A DNA stretch of 44,005 nucleotides from the NCBI GenBank assembly GCA_038211705.1, contig JBBQVJ010000002.1:1-44005 (forward strand), read 5' to 3'. The DNA comes from Candidatus Limnocylindrales bacterium. Its GTDB lineage: Bacteria; Chloroflexota; Limnocylindria; Limnocylindrales; CSP1-4. Position 1 is the stretch's first letter. Every line of letters starts with the position of its first letter. This document shows, piece by piece, positions 40,474 to 44,005 of the stretch. The notes under the pieces are model-generated. The model did not search any database and was not told the origin of the DNA. It worked only from the letters and a program-made list of their open reading frames with translations. A program made the translations under genes and the position numbers.

Positions 40474-42576
40474 CTACTCGTTCAGCTCGGCCAGCGCGAA
40501 CCCGAACTCGGCGCCGCCGCCCTCGCGCGGGGCAGCCCAGATCCGGCCACCCATGGCCGCGATCAGCCGAGCGCACACGAACAGCCCGATCCCGGCGCCG
40601 CTGGCGGATCCAGCCGTGCCGGGCGACCGGTAGAACAACTCGAATAGCCGGCCGGTCTCGTCGGCCGCGAAGCCCGGCCCGTTGTCGAGGACACGGACGA
40701 GGACCTCCCCGTCGCCGGCGTCGGCCGTGATCGTGACGGTCGATCCGCTGCCGCCGTACTTCGCCGCGTTGGAGAGCAGATTCCGAATCACCTGCTCGAC
40801 ATAGGTCGGGTCGGCCGTGACGGTCGGCAAGGTCGCCCCGACCTTGAGATCGAAGGTGACACCGGGCCAGCGCCCCTCCTCGGACTCGACGACGCGGGGG
40901 ACCAGGCGCTGGAGCAGGACCGGCTCCCAGCCCACCTCGCCAGATGCGTCGCCAAAGCGGTTGAGCGCGACGACGTCCTCGACCAACCGCTGGAGTCGTT
41001 CTGCCTCGTCGTGGATGTCCTTGAAGATCCCACGCTTGGTTTCCTCGTCGAGCGACGAGACCTCACGCGACAGGAGCTTGGCGCCGCCGAAGATCGTGGT
41101 GACCGGCGTGCGCAGCTCGTGCGACAGGACACCGATGAACGTCTCGCGCACGGCCTCGCGATGGCGCGCCTCGGTCACGTCGCGCATGACCACGATCGTC
41201 TCCTCGCCGGTCGACTGGCCGATGCCGACGTTGACCGGGTAGGTGGCCAGCTCGACCCACCGATCGGCGTCGGCCCGGGTGGGCAGCTCGACCGGGCCGC
41301 CCATCGCGCCGAGCTCCGGCGCGATGCCGTCGGGGTCGTGGAGCTGGTCGAGGATGTCCGCGTAGCTGCGCTCCTCGACCTCCGGAAAGAGTCGCTCGCC
41401 GGCCGGGTTGGTGAGCGTGATGGTGCCGTCAGCGGCGCACACGACGACGGCTTCGCCCATCGCCCGGATGATCGCGTTGAGCTCGGCGGCACGGGCGTGC
41501 TCCTCCTGGGCGAGGCGCTGGAGCCGGATCTGCGCCTCGATCCGCTCGCGGATGTCGCGCGCGATGGCGATGATCCGGCGTTGCCCGCCCGGCAGCTCGA
41601 CCGATTGGAGGGTGACCTCGACAGGCGGCGTGTTGCCCTCGGGCAGCGCGAACTCGATCATCGCCGTGGAGACCGTTCGGTCGGCCGCCAGCAGTGGATC
41701 GATCAGCCCCGGCAGCCGGTCGGCGTCGCCCGTTTTCAGCAGCCCGTCGAACGGAGCGCCGATGAGCTCGTCGCGGGATCGGCCCAGTAGGTCGCAGGCA
41801 CCCCGATTGACCTCGTCGATCCGGCGGCCCGCAGGGTCGAAGACGATGACCGCCTCGACCACCGAGTCCAGGATGAGCCGGAACCGATCGGCCTCGCGAA
41901 AGAGGCGGGCATTCTCGATCGCCGCCGCCGCACTGCTGGCCAGCGCCTCGGCGAACACGAGATCCTCGGGTCCGAACCGGCGCTCCGGGGTCGATAAGGC
42001 GAGGGAGAGGGCACCCAGGATCCGGTCGCCGGTTTGGAGCGGCACGCACATGTACGAGCGAAGCTCGAGACCGCGCAGCAGCTCGGCGTGTGCCGCATCG
42101 CGGGCATACGAATCGAGCGCTTCGGGCGGGATATCGGAGGCCAGGATCGGTTCGCCGGTCTGGACGACCTGGAGCGAGCCGCTGGGCTGTCCGGGATCGG
42201 GCGGATAGGCCTCGAGCAGGCGGCGGACAAGGGAGACCTTGGCCGGATCGACGTGGGCGATCGCCAGCGGCCGAAGCTCGCCGCGCTCGTCGAGCAGGTC
42301 GACCGCGCACCAGTCGGCGATCCGGGGGACGGCCAAGTCTGCGACGCGGCGGATCGTCTGGTCGAATTGGATCGATCCGGCCAGCACCTGGCCCGCCTCG
42401 GCAAGGAAGCGCTGGTTCTCGGCGAGCTCCTGGTAGCGGCGATCACCGCGCCCGATCGCCGCGTCCGCCAGGTCCACCGGCAGATCGACCGTGCGCTCGG
42501 GCGTGATGGATTCTGGCACGGCTCCTCGACAGCTAGATGCGATCCCGGCCCGTTCATGACGAGAAACCGCGGTCAC
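40474..42576 (-). CDS. Multidomain sensor histidine kinase (GAF - PAS - PAS - HisKA - HATPase)
   Basis: 700 aa. GAF region ADWCAVDLLDE...; H-box FIGVLSHELRTPVTTIFGGAKLL; N-box VIRNLLSNAAKYG; G-boxes DNGPGF and GAGIGLFV. Confidence 0.85.
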   Translation of the reverse strand: MTAVSRHERAGIASSCRGAVPESITPERTVDLPVDLADAAIGRGDRRYQELAENQRFLAEAGQVLAGSIQFDQTIRRVADLAVPRIADWCAVDLLDERGELRPLAIAHVDPAKVSLVRRLLEAYPPDPGQPSGSLQVVQTGEPILASDIPPEALDSYARDAAHAELLRGLELRSYMCVPLQTGDRILGALSLALSTPERRFGPEDLVFAEALASSAAAAIENARLFREADRFRLILDSVVEAVIVFDPAGRRIDEVNRGACDLLGRSRDELIGAPFDGLLKTGDADRLPGLIDPLLAADRTVSTAMIEFALPEGNTPPVEVTLQSVELPGGQRRIIAIARDIRERIEAQIRLQRLAQEEHARAAELNAIIRAMGEAVVVCAADGTITLTNPAGERLFPEVEERSYADILDQLHDPDGIAPELGAMGGPVELPTRADADRWVELATYPVNVGIGQSTGEETIVVMRDVTEARHREAVRETFIGVLSHELRTPVTTIFGGAKLLSREVSSLDEETKRGIFKDIHDEAERLQRLVEDVVALNRFGDASGEVGWEPVLLQRLVPRVVESEEGRWPGVTFDLKVGATLPTVTADPTYVEQVIRNLLSNAAKYGGSGSTVTITADAGDGEVLVRVLDNGPGFAADETGRLFELFYRSPGTAGSASGAGIGLFVCARLIAAMGGRIWAAPREGGGAEFGFALAELNE

Positions 42577-42727
42577 GACATGGCAGCAAGGATGCCGTTA
42601 CGCACGCTGGCGCGTCGGCATTGCCGGCGTTGCAACGTCGTGACGGATCCCGGCCCCGACGGAAGGAGGTGGCTATACTGCGTGACCCAGGCCAACGACG
42701 GCACATCGTGCAGAGGGAAATGTCGCA

Positions 42728-43510
42728 TTGCATGTCGCGCCGGTCGAACTCCGTGCACTCCGCCAGAACGGGATCGTCATCCGTTTCGCGATGCTCGGCC
42801 AGATGGCCTACGTCCTGGCCGAGGTCCCAGCCAGCGGCTCGGCCGGGACCTCGCTCGAGCAGCCCTGTATCGAGGCGCACTGGGGCTTCGTCATCGAGGG
42901 CGAACTCGAGTTCGTGACCGTCGGCAGCCGGCAGACGATCCCCAGCGGGCGCGCGTTCCACGTCCCGGCCGGCGGCGCCGAGCATCATTTCGAGGTGTCT
43001 GGCGCGGCGCTGATCGCGGGCTTCCAACCGATCGAGCCCGAATTGGATGTCAGCGATGCACGGCTCGAGGCGCAGGGCTTCGAGCTGCTGCCGTCCGCTC
43101 CCACGGCCCCGACCATCGTGCCGGCCGTGCCGGCCCGCGAGGTCCCCGCCGGCGAGGTCCGGACCGAATCGTGGCCGATGTCGGCCTATCTCATGACGCG
43201 CGTTCGGATGGGCGAGCGGAGCGGCTACACCACCGGCTGGTGCGACATCCCGCACTGGGGGATGGTGACCGCCGGACGCCTCGCCATCGAATGGGAGGCT
43301 GACGTCGAGATCCTCTCGACCGGCGACATCTTCCATTGCCCGGCGGGCCCACCCGGCCACCGGCTCGAGGCGGCCGACCCAGCGACTTTCGTGGACCTCA
43401 CCCCGATCGCCGCCATGCGCGCCGGTGGGCGGATGGCAGACTGGCGCCGCGACGCGGACCTCACATCGCGCGGCCGTTCGCGCGGGATCGCCGTCGCCGC
43501 CCTCGGCTAG
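42728..43510 (+). CDS. Hypothetical protein with two cupin-like halves
   Basis: 260 aa. TTG start with GAGGGAAA upstream. Repeated pattern (WGFVIEGELEF..G..FHVPAG / WGMVTAGRLAIEW..GDIFHCPAG). Function unknown. Confidence 0.55.
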   Translation: MHVAPVELRALRQNGIVIRFAMLGQMAYVLAEVPASGSAGTSLEQPCIEAHWGFVIEGELEFVTVGSRQTIPSGRAFHVPAGGAEHHFEVSGAALIAGFQPIEPELDVSDARLEAQGFELLPSAPTAPTIVPAVPAREVPAGEVRTESWPMSAYLMTRVRMGERSGYTTGWCDIPHWGMVTAGRLAIEWEADVEILSTGDIFHCPAGPPGHRLEAADPATFVDLTPIAAMRAGGRMADWRRDADLTSRGRSRGIAVAALG

Positions 43511-43513
43511 CGC

Positions 43514-44005
43514 TCAGCCGGGCAGGGTCGGGTCGGCGGCGCCGAAGACATCGCCGGAGTCCGGCAGCGATCGCTCGTACGCCTCCTTGACGTCCTCGTC
43601 GGGGGTCTCGATCGCCGCGGGAACCTGGGCGACGGGCATCTCACGTGCCTGCAAGCGGCTGAGGACGATCTCGATCGAGGCGGCGATCGGCACAGCCAGG
43701 AAGGCCCCCAGCAGCCCCCCGGCCGCCGCTCCCACGAGCAGACTCAGCAGCACGAGCAGCGGCGAGATGCCGATCGTGTTGCGCATCACGAGCGGAACGA
43801 GGACGCTGCCCTCGAGCAGCTGGATCACGATGTAGACCCCGGCCACGATCATGGCGAGCTCCGGCGAGACGGTCGCCGCGACCAGGATCGCCGGGATCGC
43901 GCCGAGCAGCGGCCCGACGATCGGGATCGCCTCGGTGAGCGCGGCGATCAGGCCGAGGAGCAGGGCGCCCGGCACCCCGAGCAGGCTGTAGGCGACGCCG
44001 GTCGC
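43514..44005 (-). CDS. AI-2E family transporter (PerM/YhhT-like), C-terminal part; gene continues past the right edge
   Basis: The frame is open to the window end (ATGVAYSLLGVPGALLLGLIAALTEAIPIVGPLLGAIP...), which is a typical AI-2E C-terminal core. Confidence 0.85.
   Translation of the reverse strand, partial: ATGVAYSLLGVPGALLLGLIAALTEAIPIVGPLLGAIPAILVAATVSPELAMIVAGVYIVIQLLEGSVLVPLVMRNTIGISPLLVLLSLLVGAAAGGLLGAFLAVPIAASIEIVLSRLQAREMPVAQVPAAIETPDEDVKEAYERSLPDSGDVFGAADPTLPG

Noticed and set aside
42650-42800. A Cys-rich reading frame (..TSCRGKCRIACRAGRTPCTPP..) behind GGAAGGAGG near 42660 could be a RiPP or small-peptide precursor.
   Set aside because: The frame continues as Arg-rich low-complexity sequence for hundreds of codons and overlaps the cupin gene out of frame. 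No modifying enzymes lie nearby. Most likely chance.
1-44005. Search by eye for tRNA, rRNA, tmRNA, RNase P and common riboswitch cores (for example an M-box upstream of corA, or SAM/TPP upstream of the transporters).
   Set aside because: I saw no GGTTCGAATCC-type T-arms, rRNA-like stretches or recognisable riboswitch cores. This is a visual search only, and a covariance-model scan would be needed to exclude them.

Overview
High-GC (about 70%) bacterial chromosomal window. Gene content suggests Actinomycetota or Chloroflexota (F420 biosynthesis, dodecin, Tat/lipobox binding proteins), but taxonomy cannot be proven from here. I call about 45 protein-coding genes, mostly in tightly coupled operons. 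(1) 1-6983, minus strand: FGGY kinase, G1PDH/AraM-like dehydrogenase, HAD-IIA phosphatase, a TIM-barrel-like protein and a PotD/B/C-type ABC importer. (2) 10039-12811: amino-acid ABC importer. (3) 13104-18013, minus strand: an EAL gene, two F420-dependent oxidoreductases and cofD-cofC-cofE. (4) MTAP, IMPase, a FEN-type 5'-3' exonuclease, SRPBCC, PncA and an OmpR-type regulator. (5) aceE. (6) ABC-2 exporter and bacterial topoisomerase IB. (7) 34.8-42.6 kb: three histidine kinases around a small stress-protein island (hydrophilic repeat protein, membrane protein, SRPBCC, GlsB/YeaQ) plus CorA. I recognised no rRNA, tRNA, CRISPR, cas, transposase, integrase or phage genes. The most unusual signals are listed here. 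(a) A three-copy MITE/REP-like palindromic element family, with TTGATGCTTGATT termini and a conserved ATGGACGGCAT subterminal hairpin, at about 7.5, 12.9 and 19.4 kb. (b) Two otherwise intact enzymes each cut by one in-frame stop: TGA in an LLM oxidoreductase, TAG at the EX7E glutamate of a GT4 glycosyltransferase. (c) An EAL gene translationally coupled to the F420 operon, and a stand-alone CofE. (d) A recurrent intergenic 9-10-mer CCGCATTGCA. (e) Three tandem 20-bp hairpin units after the ABC-2 operon. I found no recognisable multi-gene defence or other novel system and do not claim one. Many long antisense ORFs in the track are high-GC artefacts. Coordinates of hairpins and repeats were counted by hand and may be off by 1-2 nt.
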